From the NCBI GenBank assembly GCA_023645945.1, contig JALAIB010000056.1, forward strand, positions 1 through 38,454: 38,454 nucleotides of DNA, in the 5' to 3' direction. This DNA is from Diploschistes diacapsis (taxonomy: Eukaryota). How positions within the stretch are numbered: position 1 is the first letter of the stretch; each line of letters begins with the position of its first letter. The notes beneath the pieces were generated by a model. That model ran no database searches. It worked only from the letters and a program-made list of their open reading frames with translations, and was not told the origin of the DNA. This document shows, in pieces, positions 10,940 to 22,568 of this stretch. A program made the position numbers and the translations under genes.

Positions 10940-12768
10940 ATGATGCGCAGATGGGTGCATTATCAGCCTGAGATCGCGAGAATACCCCTCAGGATAGTCA
11001 CGCGGCTAACTTCCCATTCTTATCTTCAATCCAGGAACCCTATACAGCAGTCCACCCAGCACAAACGTCGCATAGGGATCCAATTGTTACACCATGTCTC
11101 GAATAGAAATAAGCTTTTAGGCCGCCCGGTAAAAGAATTGTATCCTCGTCACCAAACCCTTTACTGTCAAATCACTTGCAAAACCTTTGCCGAGCGATAT
11201 AAAGGCTTAACCTTATCTCACCTGGCTGAGAACCCAGATCTTGTGGTCCTCCATGGTAGGCTATGAGTCACTCGTTGTATATAAGCTCTCATGCTTTCAA
11301 TAGGAAGGCTAAACGCAAAAAGAATAGTCGGAAATCGGCTCGTCTTTCTCGACATCACCGAAAATGGGCAGCGCGTCCAGACTATGTGTAATTTCCGCGA
11401 GATTGATGGGTTGACGCTGCAAAGTTTTAAAACCGCTTTTCATGAGCTCCAAAGGGGGGACGTAGTTCGTAAGTCTACACATGTTGCTGCGCTCAATGGT
11501 AACATACGTCTAATCATGATCCAAGGGCTCACTGGCAGGCCCGATAGGACTGCTACTGGCGAGCTTACCCTTCGCTTGTCTACACTGCCAAAGCTCATGT
11601 CGCCATGTCTGCACAGCCTTCCAACCGAGCTACGTGATCCAGAAACCAGAATCAGGAACCGTTCGCTCGACTTCATGGTGAACCCCAAAAGTACACAAGT
11701 AATTCTCGCGAAGTCCGAGATTACTCAGTACCTACGACAGTTCTTCCTAGAGGATGGCCAAACAGAAGTTCAGACTCCCATTCTTGCGGAGGCTGCAGGG
11801 GGTGCGACTGCAAGGCCTTTCGTCACAACGGCAACCGAGTTCTATGATCGCAGATTGAGTCTGCGGATTGCTCCAGAGCTCTGGCTGAAAAGGTTGGTTG
11901 TGGGCGGGTTCGATCGGGTGTTCGAGATTGGCCCATCTTTCAGGAACGAAGGTACGGTTGAGGTCTCAAAAGCTCGCTACAACGTCGCTGATGGTGATTT
12001 GATGGAGGCATTGATCTTACTCACAATCCTGAATTTACAACCTGCGAGTTCTACCGTGCCTACACGGATCTGGAAGAGCTGATGCAGCTCACGGAACTTC
12101 TGATAGAGGGTCTGGCCAAGCATCTAGCGGAAAGGACAAGACAAAAGCTTTCAGAATTACCTGCACTTAACGTCAATGTACACCCGCCTTTCAAGAAATT
12201 GGACTTTGTTTCTGAGATTGAGAAGGCTCTCGGACGGTCTCTTCCGAAACTAACAGAGTCAGATGCTAGCGAACAAGTCCTACAAATACTGGCAGATCTA
12301 TCTTTGCAACCTACAGCCTCTTGTTCTCTGCCTCAGATGCTAGATAAGCTTTCAGCCACCTTCCTTGAACCCCAGTGCTGGCAACCGACGTTCATAATCC
12401 ATCACCCAGAGTGCATGTCCCCACTTTCCAAATCCTTTGAGCATCCATCGTTTCAGGGGCAGCCGGTAGCGGCACGGGCCGAGCTCTTCATAAAGGGGAA
12501 AGAAATTGCAAATATGTATGAGGAAGAAAACTCGCCTTTCGAACAACGACGGAAATTTACTGAGCAGGTACAATATCGGGCAAGATTCAGTGACAACCAC
12601 TCCGGCGTTGACGAACAATATCTGGAAGCATTGGAGTGGGGCCTCCCTCCCGTGGGAGGGTGGGGTTGCGGCATTGAAAGGCTCTGCATGGTACTGACCG
12701 GGACAAGCCGTATTGGTGATGTTATGAGTTTTGGAACCTTGAAAAATGTCATTGCCAGATCTCAGTAG
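10940..12768 (+). CDS. MSK1: Lysyl-tRNA synthetase, class II, probably mitochondrial (4 exons; introns 11256-11303, 11469-11525, 11952-12007)
   Basis: OB-fold, [79 protein letters not shown]. Arg-rich presequence-like N-terminus. Confidence 0.92.
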
Positions 12769-13188
12769 GTGGCAGTGGAGTTTCTGCACAAGCTCAAGGG
12801 ACTGTAGGTGGAAGAGCAGGCGCAAACGGGTCAGTTCAGCCTGCCAGCCTAAGCCGTTCGCAATGTATGTTAGCTGTGCCTTATATATATATATACATGC
12901 CTTGTTTTGCCCCAGATGTTGTGATTGCCCAACAGACCATCTTGTCGATACTCACCACATGCAAGTTTTTCGATGGAGAAAAAGCCTTGTCATAAATCCT
13001 TGCAAGCAAAAGAAGTACCCTTGCAGTCAAGCGGCATCTACTGCCGCTCCGTAGCAATCCATAGCTTTTATACACACAATGTCCACTTGAATGCTCCTAG
13101 CACCTACTGGACCCCCAATCTTTCTTCATCCCTTGGCCATACCAAAAGTCCTCATGACTGGAAAAAATACTTACCATACTAAACGAGC

Positions 13189-14212
13189 CTAAGATACAGA
13201 ATGTAGAGCACTTTCAGGGTGGTGCAATGCCAACCGCTGGGCCAACTGAAACTCGACCCATCCAACATTCAACCCTTCTTTAAGAGCTGTTGCAAGATCA
13301 GTTTCAAGCGTCATATCAGTGTCTTCTAAAGTCTGCCCCACGCTTTTGACATTCGTAAGTATAGCCTGGCGATAGTGCCAGGAGAGCAAGGCATCGCTGG
13401 GTCGCAATGGATGATCAATGAAACTTTGGTCAAGTCGCCTACCCGCCCACTGCTGAGCAGGAGGTAGAAAGCACATGACCCGGTAATCCTAAGATCTGAT
13501 CAGTTGTTATAATCCATCGTAAGGTATGTATACGTACTTCTGGGTTGATTGAAACAGCGTACGTATCAAAGAGACTGTGTACCCCACTCGTCAATAGAAG
13601 TCCGTTTTCAACCGAGTTGATGGTGGCGTTCTTCTCAGTTTCCCGTGCTTTGACCCATACTTGGCCCAGTTTATGGGCCTCCCAGTCATCGCGGAAAGCC
13701 AACGGGAACACATGCGCGGCTTCAAATCCCCCATACCACAAATCCCCATCATAGTCTTGAGGGACCTGTGCTCCAGAAATGATACAAGCATTGTCACGTG
13801 CACGGACCGCTTCTTTAAAGGAATGAGTTCGACTTTTTGAGCTTCCTTCAGAAGTTGTCCCAGATTCTCTAAGATAACATCGATAGGATGACTCTTCTTG
13901 CGTTATCTTGATTTTCTCATCGCCTATATACATGAGCTTAACAGACTATGATGAGTAGGTACAGAGGAACTTACTAGGTGCCTTAGCATAATAGATGCCT
14001 TTCTGTATGAGGCTCTCATCCCTTGGTACTTCGATGCCATCTTTGGTTTCGAGAGCAAAGGAGTTGTTCACCACAAAGATGTCCAGCATTTGGAGAAACG
14101 ACCTGTTTGTGAGACATTGTGTGTTGGCCAGGTACAAACCCCCAATCTCGTGCGTAGGCTCTCTGTAATCAAACACTCGAATGTTGCGTGGCTTTTGTCG
14201 ATCTAAGGCCAT
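13189..14212 (-). CDS. Fungal HNH endonuclease (HNH_2-type) with an N-terminal domain of unknown function (3 exons; introns 13974-13924, 13537-13489)
   Basis: FKEAVRARDNACIISG...FEAAHVFP...INSVENGLLLTSGVHSLFD..SINPE-DYRV and LLSWHYRQAILTNV. Both introns restore the frame. Confidence 0.85.
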
Positions 14213-14920
14213 GTGTGGAAATTTAGTTAAAGCATCTCAGTCCGAGAAGCAAGCAGTGAGAATTGCTGAAATACTTTTGGCAATTAGCCCCACAATACTA
14301 AAACTTTTTCGTTGTGTACGTACCCTGGATATAGGCACTTGTAGAGGTAAAAGGACGGTGACGGAGCCACCGTGGGTATCTCAATACTCTGCAAGCGATA
14401 TTAAGAATTGTTTGCACACCTGATACCTCTTGGGCCACTTTACGCTTGATCAAAAGCTTGAGAGGTGCTTCTTCAGATGACTATAAAACAAATTTGGGAT
14501 ACTTGGAGCCTTCGTTCAAGTTCCTAGATCTATTCCATGATCGATCTGAAGCATCTTCCGGGCTCTTTTGTGGTCTAAAGCTGTGAACGAGGTACTTGGG
14601 TGTGCAACTTATTTTTAACATCCTCTGCCTCGTACCAATATGCAAAAAGTGCCTGCTCGGAGAAGCGGCGGATCAAAATGCTGGCACCCTCCTCAGCATA
14701 CGAGTGCTTGATGGCCTGCAAAAAGCCCGATGACCCCTCACCTTGTGGTCTTTATGTCATCGCTTTTACTTAGTTAGGGTTCTGGTGCTTTTAATCAAGA
14801 ACCTTCCCGGCTTGCCAACCCCTATCTGTACCTCTCTTGAACCTTCCAGGAATCTTTCATAAGTTTATTACGCTTGTAGAAAATAGGACACCGTAGCTGT
14901 TGAACAAGCCTATTGCAACG

Positions 14921-16023
14921 ATGTCGTCTTCGGTAAAACTTAACAGCGGCTACCAGATGCCACTTGTTGGCTTTGGTCTATGGAAGGTGAACAACGACAC
15001 GTGTGCTGACCAGGTCTACAACGCCATAAAGACAGGGTACCGGTTGTTTGATGGAGCTGTGAGTGTTTTCCCCAGTGGTCTTCGACGTAAGCTGATCAGC
15101 GCAGTGCGGTACAGTATCATTGTGCTATATGAAGTGCGAATTTGATATCTTGTAGACTATGGAAATGAAGTGGAGTCGGGACAGGGCATCGCGCGGGCAA
15201 TCAAAGAAGGCCTGGTGAAACGAGAAGACCTGTTCATCGTCTCCAAGCTTTGGAATAGCTTTCATGATAAGGAAAGGGTGGAACCTATCTGCAAGAAGCA
15301 ACTCCAGGATTGGGGCATCGACTACTTCGACTTGTACATCGTACATTTTCCCATCTCATTGAAATATGTCGACCCTTCTGTGAGGTATCCACCTGGGTTC
15401 ACATATGATGGCAAGAATGTCGTTCCCGGAAATGCACCCATCCAGGAGACGTGGGTTGCAATGGAGAGCTTGGTACATCAGGGGCTCGCAAAAAGTATTG
15501 GTATCAGCAACTTCAACGGACAATTGATCATGGATCTCTTAAGATACGCCAAGATCGTGCCTGCGACCCTACAGATCGAGCATCATCCGTATCTGACCCA
15601 ACCAGGTTTGATTCAACTGGCACACTCAAACGGTATCGCAGTCACTGCCTACTCCTCCTTCGGGCCACAGTCCTTCCTTGAACTCGATATGCAGCAGGCA
15701 AAGGACACTCCGCCTCTACTGGAACATCCGGCGATCAAAAGGATTGCGGAGAGCCACAGCAAGACCCCGGCGCAGGTGTTGCTCAGATGGGCGACGCAGA
15801 GAAACATAGCCGTTATTCCAAAGAGTAACAGTCAAAGCCGCCTGGCGCAGAATCTCGACGTTGAAAGCTTCGACATGGACGAAGCAGAGTTGGAAGATGT
15901 CAGCGGACTTAACCAAGGATTGAGATTCAACGACCCACTCAATGTAAGTTTGCGGAGTTTGTTGCCTTGGTGGGATTTGCTAAGAGTCTGCAGTATGGAG
16001 TCCCTCAACCCATATATGTGTAG
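14921..16023 (+). CDS. xyl1: NAD(P)H-dependent D-xylose reductase (aldo-keto reductase); exons 14921-15058, 15105-15108, 15156-15943, 15994-16023
   Basis: [25 protein letters not shown] (restored by a 4-nt exon), [46 protein letters not shown]. Confidence 0.95.
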
Positions 16024-17043
16024 GTGCGAGGAATCCTTATGCAAGGACCCAGTGCGGAGGCCGAGAAATTCGGGCAATACAAGGGATGTGGGTTTCATGG
16101 GTATCTCGTACTCCTTTTCCTACCAACTAGGTAGGATCAATCGACCACTCAGCTAGGCCAGCAAGAGTTTGGGGTTGAATTATGAACACTTTTCTACCTG
16201 TATCTTGGCCTTGCTGGACCCAGATAATGTCTGAAAAGTTCGGGACGAAGTATTCGGTGATAAAAAGTTGGGTTTGATGACGTAGGAAGTCGACTGTATG
16301 TGTGGCAAGTCTGTACAAGTCTGTATAAATTATATCCGCACGCCATAGGTACATGTAGCGGGCAGGGAATAGAGACTCATTTGCAACAATAGGAATTGGA
16401 TGCTGCTAAAGGTGAGTCAAAGCTTGTGATGATTAGGAATCGGATGTGTGGCAATTAATCGTGGTGGCCGGTCGCATATGGTGATGGCCGTTTCGGGTCG
16501 ACGGCCTAATGGCGGGTATGGGGGGGGGTTGCATCTTATTGTTGCTCACGGGGAGTAAGAAAGCAGATCTCAGGCCGGTGGTTCTCGGTCTAGCTTTTTG
16601 ACACGTACGTACACGAACACGGGCTGAGCACCAGAACTAGTTTCTCCCCTGGCGTCCCCTAGTTTACTTGACTCACAACATCTTGGCTAGCAATTTCTGA
16701 CTCGAGGGGGCCGGGTGAGCCTTCCCCGTTGTTGCACACCAACTGCATGCTGTGAAAAAAAGGTTAAGTCACGTGAAATCGTGTTTGCCAATATACGCGA
16801 GCCTTCACGCCTGCCGCGTCCCCCCTAGGCTTCCTTCCCAGAGCGCTCCCTCCACTACCTACTAATACCTCGCCTCCCCCCAATACATGTTCTTGCTGCA
16901 CTTTCTCTCCGCTTCTACCGTGCAGCCTGCATAATCAGGCTTATAATGTCATTCCCGAGGCATTGAACAGGACTCGTACTTGGTCCGAGTCCCGTTCGAG
17001 AGCACTGCTGGAGCTTTGTCAAGCCTCGGTGCTTGCATGCAAC

Positions 17044-17975
17044 ATGTTTGTAAAGAAAGCAGGCAGCACGTCCGACAGTTTCTCGAAGTACCGTCCCACT
17101 AAGACAATCGCCAAACAAAAGAGATCGTTCCGGGACAACGTTGGCACAAGCAAGCGAAACGAAAGAAGCAAGCGGCCGGACAATAGCCCGCCTCTGGGAA
17201 GGTAGTAACACTCCATATCTATGGCCCCTAATGCATCCACACTAACTGTCGGCTCCAGTACATTGACATCTCCTATAATCACTCTCGTCGTCGGTCCCGA
17301 CGCTCGATTGTTCGCTTGCCATGAAGAGATTTTGACCCTGTCGCCCTTCTTCGCTGCCATATGCCGGGGCCAGTTCCTTGAATCCTCCACGAAAAGAATC
17401 AGTCTCCCGGAAGAGATTCCAGAGGTGTTTTCATCAGTCCTCGAATACATGTACAAAAACGACTATTACCCAAAACTGCTGCACAACAAAAGATCAAACT
17501 CGTGGGAGTTGGAAGACTCAAAAAAGGTTGCCGGAGGAAAAGGAGCGTCTGAGTCGTCCGTCTACCATCCCACAACGGGCCAGACACTGCTGAAAGACAC
17601 CTTGATATACTGTACGGCAGAGCGGTACGGACTCGATGATTTGAAAAGGCTTGCGCTGCGGAAGCAGGGGTTGCAGTCCGGTATTCAGTGCGCGACAATT
17701 CTTGCCAGTGCACGATACGCATATGCAAACACCCCGGACAGTGACTCCAAACTTCGAGCTCATTACCTTGCCCTGATCATCCGCAGTCGAAACACTTTCA
17801 AAAGAAGCGGTACCATGCAAATGGAGATGGAAGCGGGCGGAAAACTGTAAGACCCTATACTACAAAGGAGGGGGAGAGGTTGCACCAACTGACATGGTCC
17901 AGATTCTTCGATCTCTTCGTTGCCATGGCAAATCATATCGAGGACATCAGTAGTATTACAAAATCTCCACGATGA
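17044..17975 (+). CDS. BTB/POZ-domain protein (3 exons; introns 17202-17258 and ~17847-17902)
   Basis: BTB core SPIITLVVG..RLFACHEEILTLSPFF...ISLPEEIPEVFSSVLEYMY. The ORF-track start at 17221 lies inside an intron (CTAAC branch, CAG at 17258). A basic first exon from ATG 17044 splices in frame. Confidence 0.85.
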
Positions 17976-18563
17976 GTGCCGGATATCGTTCACTTCGCAG
18001 CCATCTTCCCTCCTCGACCATCATCTTCACTTCTTGTACATATCTCGTTATTGCGCGTATTCCTGGTCTGCGGGCCGTGTACAACTAGACTTGGACAAGC
18101 AAAACTGGGACAGTTCTGGCGCTTGGGGATCTGAGCTTTAAGCTCCGCTTGTGCGGGAGGTCGGAAGGTTAGGAACGGACAGAATGCTAAATCAGCTTAG
18201 CTCTATCAGAAAATCCTTGTCTTGGGCCTTGCTTTAAGCAGCAAAGCTCAGGGACAACCGCTACAACAAAAGGCTTTGCTTACCTGTTCCATAGTAGAAA
18301 CCCCTCTACCCATCTGTCGTCGTGCACGTCTCCATTAAACATGTAGAGTTCTCCTGCATCTGGGCTGGCAGTCGAGCTAGTGATTTAGCTAGTGGTTCAC
18401 TATCATCGTTGGTCCTTGGGGGCTCCACATCAACAGAGCAACTGTTAACTCTTGCTTGCCTATGTGTTTGCACATGTTCCAGTTTTTCTCCTTTCAAGCA
18501 TGAGGAGCACTCTTAATAGTTCCCGAAGTGGTCTCAGTCAAAACTTCCATACTCGCCCTCCCT

Positions 18564-20244
18564 CTACACTCCCGTTCCGGGAAACGCAGATCCCTTACTG
18601 AGAACGACAATTCCACGTTCGCGAGCAATATAGCCTTTGACCAAACTCTATGATACAAGTTAGCAAAGGCCCAATGTCCAGGTGGGCTGTCCTCCGCGTA
18701 GTTTGTTCAAGCATCGAATGTCTCGTCACCGCAAGCTTAGGGGTGATTAACATACTTTGTAGATCATATTGGCCAGTAAACACTCCGCTTCATCCGTGTC
18801 AAAATGGCCATACTGGTTGTTGGTACCAAGTCTAATTGCTGCAGTGAATTCGCTTACCGGGATCCGTGTTCTTCGAACAGGCGGACCACCGTCTTTGGAC
18901 TCTTCGAAACCACCTGCTAGGTAAACCTTGCGTAGCAGGTTTCTCAATGCGATGTCACGGCCACGTTCCAGCGTTAAATAGATGCGACGTTTCACAAACT
19001 CATCCTCGCCAGCTGCGAGGGCCTTATCAAACCCAGCCAAATCACCCTTTCTGATGCATTGTCCCAGCCCAGTGAAAAGAGCTTTTAAGCGTGGGTACGG
19101 CTCCAAAAGTTTCTTTGAAGGTAGGGTATGAGTTGTCAGAAGGTGGCACGGGATAAGGTAAGTCATGATGAGCCTAAATATGGTCAGAAAACTACATTCC
19201 CTACTAGGATGCATCCTGACTCTTGATTCCGCTTGGCATTCGGATGACATAATTTCCATGCCTTTGTCAGATGTTCTTCGGCCTGTAGTTTGGAAAGATT
19301 AGCTTGAGACTACAGGACGTACTCCCGAAGAACGTACTTTTTCGTAGTTCTCGTCGAGAAAGGATATCACGCCTACGTAATACTCAAATGTGACGATGTG
19401 GGCTTTGGGAAAGCTTTCCAGGGGCGGCATGTCAGCGTGAGATGCTTGAATTGCGCGTAGGATGTTCTTCGATAGGCTGATTGAGTTTAGCTAGCATGGT
19501 TCAGCTATAATTATAAAAAACGCACGATTGACATACCTTGAAATATGTTTTGAAAAGTAAATTTATGGTATAATAAAGCCCCCATTTTCTCGAGCTTTCT
19601 AAAGGTGCCCTATTCTGTGTCAAGAACCAGTCGAAGTACTGTCACAGGTGCAGAGATGTGGTTACATACCTGTCACTGATACATAAAGTAAAGATGCGGT
19701 TGATGATTCGTGCCGCATCTTCAAGTCTGCCGTTCTTGCTCATGGATCCAGTAACATCGTCCTGCAGGCCAACGTCAAAGGTCAAGGACTTTGTTCCTCT
19801 GCCATGCTTGTCGGCATTGATAGCAAATACCCTGAGGTAACGGCCTGCAACGTAGAGACAAGGGACTGTCCATGCGCCGAAGAGATTCGCCGAGTATCCT
19901 TTGATGAGGCGATCCGTAAGATCTTTCCACAGTTCATAGACAATACCGTGATCAGCTCTGCTGCCTTCAGATAAAGATACAATTTCGTAGACCGCTCTCC
20001 AGTATATGACGTAGATATCGGCCCAAGCGTTCCCCTCCTGCTTCGAAAGCCTTGTTCCACCATCCCTTTGTGACAGCAGACCAGACCTTATATCAGCAGT
20101 GACGGAAGCTTGAGTGGACGAAAAGGCGATCCTTTGCAGTCGACCAGGGTCTTCTACGGGGGCAACAGGTGATAAAGTTGTTGCAAGCAGGGGCCCAGAC
20201 CCGAGGAGATGTGCCTGTTTGAAATCATGGTATAGAAGATCCAT
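18564..20244 (-). CDS. CSN12: PCI-domain protein Csn12/PCID2-like (6 exons)
   Basis: [17 protein letters not shown]...[69 protein letters not shown]-terminal AFPGTGV. Confidence 0.9.
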
Positions 20245-20747
20245 TCTGTGAAGGAAGATTAACTGGAGATAGGGAACCCATGGGCTTCAATCCCTTCAAA
20301 GCCTGTTCTTATCGTGGCTTCTGTATTGCCGCCGAGAACGTAGTAGAATTGGATAAGTAATCCTCGCAACAATCGTTGAAGTAGTTGCACTCAATCCTTC
20401 CCCCAGCCAGCATCTATAGTAACTTGATAGCAGAACAATCTGTGTTAGAGACGTGTGTGGGTAACGGTATTATATCGGCACTAATTCCCTTTCTCCCCCT
20501 TTCCTGCTCAGTAGATACGTATTAGGTAATGAATATACTATACACATCGGCTAACCATTTCGGGCCATCGTCAATGTTCGCTTGTTTTCATCTCGGAAAA
20601 AGCCCTAGCACTGCACACTTCCTTTTGGTAATGCCTTGAAATTCATCGGCCACGACCAGCTTTTTTCTGTGCATTCACTCTTTAGTCTGTCACTCAAGGT
20701 AAGCATTTTCAAAACTTCAGTTTAACTTAGCTAACTACTTATTTCAG

Positions 20748-21509
20748 ATGGGTAAGTCACCTCCAAAAGTCATTGTCACCCTGGCGAACGCTGTTACATT
20801 TTGCCGAGCCGACTTCTCCGAGCTTGCCTATATTGCAAAAAGATAGAACAAGGAAAGCACACGGCTAATATGGTCTTTACAGGTCGCCTCACAGAGTTTC
20901 AGGTCATTGGGAGGCATCTACCTACCGAGACCAATGCGACTCCGAAGCTTTACCGAATGCGCATCTTTGCGCCCAATACCACAGTTGCAAAATCGAGGTT
21001 CTGGTACTTCCTCCAAAAACTACGGAAAGTGAAGAAGGCCAACGGCGAGATTGTGAGCTTGAATATCGTATGTGAAATTAATGTATTCATCTCCACAGAG
21101 AGTCAGCCGGGACTAAGACCTGTTAGATCCACGAGAAACGACCACAGAAGGTCAAGAACTTCGGCATTTGGCTCCGCTATGATTCTCGCTCCGGCACTCA
21201 CAACATGTACAAGGAATACCGGGAAATGTCAAGAACGGACGCCGTTGAGGCGCTCTACCAAGACATGGCCGCTCGTCACCGCTCTCGCTTCAGATCTATT
21301 CATGTACATCTGTCGATCTTTTGCACCAAGGATCATGCTGAAATTTACAGATTCTCAAAGTCGTCGAGCTCGAGAAAACAGAGGATGTCAAACGACCTTA
21401 CATGAAGCAACTTCTCCAGAAGAATTTGAAATTTCCTCTGCCACATCGTGTTCCTAAGGCTTCCGGGAAAAAGCTGTTTTCCCCCTACCGACCGTCGACG
21501 TTCTCGTAA
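20748..21509 (+). CDS. RPL20: 60S ribosomal protein eL20 (L20/L18a); coding exons 20748-20751, 20883-21067, 21127-21303, 21351-21509; 5'UTR intron 20699-20747
   Basis: [77 protein letters not shown]. Confidence 0.97.
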
Positions 21510-21926
21510 TTCTCTGGAATCTACGGAGCGACGTTGAGAGAAACACACAAGAACAGAAAGAATGGGCAAAGTAATTGACTTGCGTTGCATGGAAGTGAGC
21601 TCGCTAAAGCTCGAATTGTACGGTAGCCATAAACTGGGCGCAGCTCGAGAAATAGGACGACACTTCAAAGATATAGAGGTCTCGCTGGTGTCGCTGCAAT
21701 TGCCCACATTTAGAAATTGCATTATCTTCTCGGTTCCAAACCGGCCTAGCTTAATGTGCACAATGTGGTTGTTTCCACGCCCGTACCGAGGCCGAGACAT
21801 CAGGAACGCCAGCACAGGACTTGAAACAAAGGATCCAGATGCATTCCTCCAGCGTCTTATGCAATAGCCACTCCCAGTAGTATCGTACATCCCGAACGCT
21901 CATATCCCGCAATCCGCCGTTGCAGA

Positions 21927-22568
21927 TTATGAGAATTTTCGAATTACCTTTGCAATGACTTTAAAGGTCTAAATTAGTCAAGCTAATCGACATTGAGGGT
22001 CTGCTTACTGTGTAGAGCGACAACGCTGAATATGAACCCTAGAGAGAGCACCAAGACTATTACTGGGTCCACCTTCAACCCAGGCGATTCGTCAGTGTAG
22101 AGCCCTGGCCAAGATGTTAGTCTCAAGCCCAACGGCAGCGCAGTAGAGAAAAGCAGGGAAAGGCGCCTGATGTTCTGTTTTTCGAGACTCGCTCTGCACG
22201 ATACGTCGAGCAAGTGGGGCGGGAACGGGAACGTACTGAGCATTGTGCTGCTGCTTCCGCCCGCGCCGGCTGCACGGGTGCTGGACGGTCTGGCATTGGC
22301 GACTTTATCCGCCCTGTCGGCCGCTGCTTTGCGCCGTATCGCGGTTTTCGGGCCACCCGGAGGCGTTGGAGACGACGGTCGCGCCGTTGTCGAACCGACA
22401 GATGGAGAAGCGCCGGGCGAGGAAGCACCGGGTGAAGACTGGGCAGACGAGATCAGCTTCGCTAAATCGTGTGAAAATCCGCATGTTTGCGGCTGCCCGC
22501 TCTGACGGGTGCCAGGAGTTGGGGGAAGGGCACCAAGAAACGCGGCGAAATCAATTACGTACCGCCAT
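21927..22568 (-). CDS. SBH1: Sec61 translocon beta subunit (4 exons)
   Basis: ATG GCG|GTACGT first exon, then AIRRKAAADR...[48 protein letters not shown] with a single C-terminal transmembrane helix. Confidence 0.94.

Noticed and set aside
14284..14293. XlnR-like (GGCTAA) and CreA-like (GTGGGG) hexamers on the minus strand upstream of xyl1
   Set aside because: Single hexamers about 630 bp from the ATG are expected by chance.
15059..15155. Stwintron (nested intron) interpretation of the xyl1 double intron
   Set aside because: Removing either intron does not rebuild a split donor or acceptor, and the 4 intervening nt are needed for coding.
15944..16156. Extended xylose reductase C-terminus shown in the ORF track
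   Set aside because: It reads through a consensus intron (15944-15993); splicing gives a normal short tail, YGVPQPIYV.
21345..21890. 181-aa antisense ORF overlapping RPL20, and similar shadow ORFs opposite other genes
   Set aside because: They are antisense or alternative frames of real genes with no recognisable motifs.
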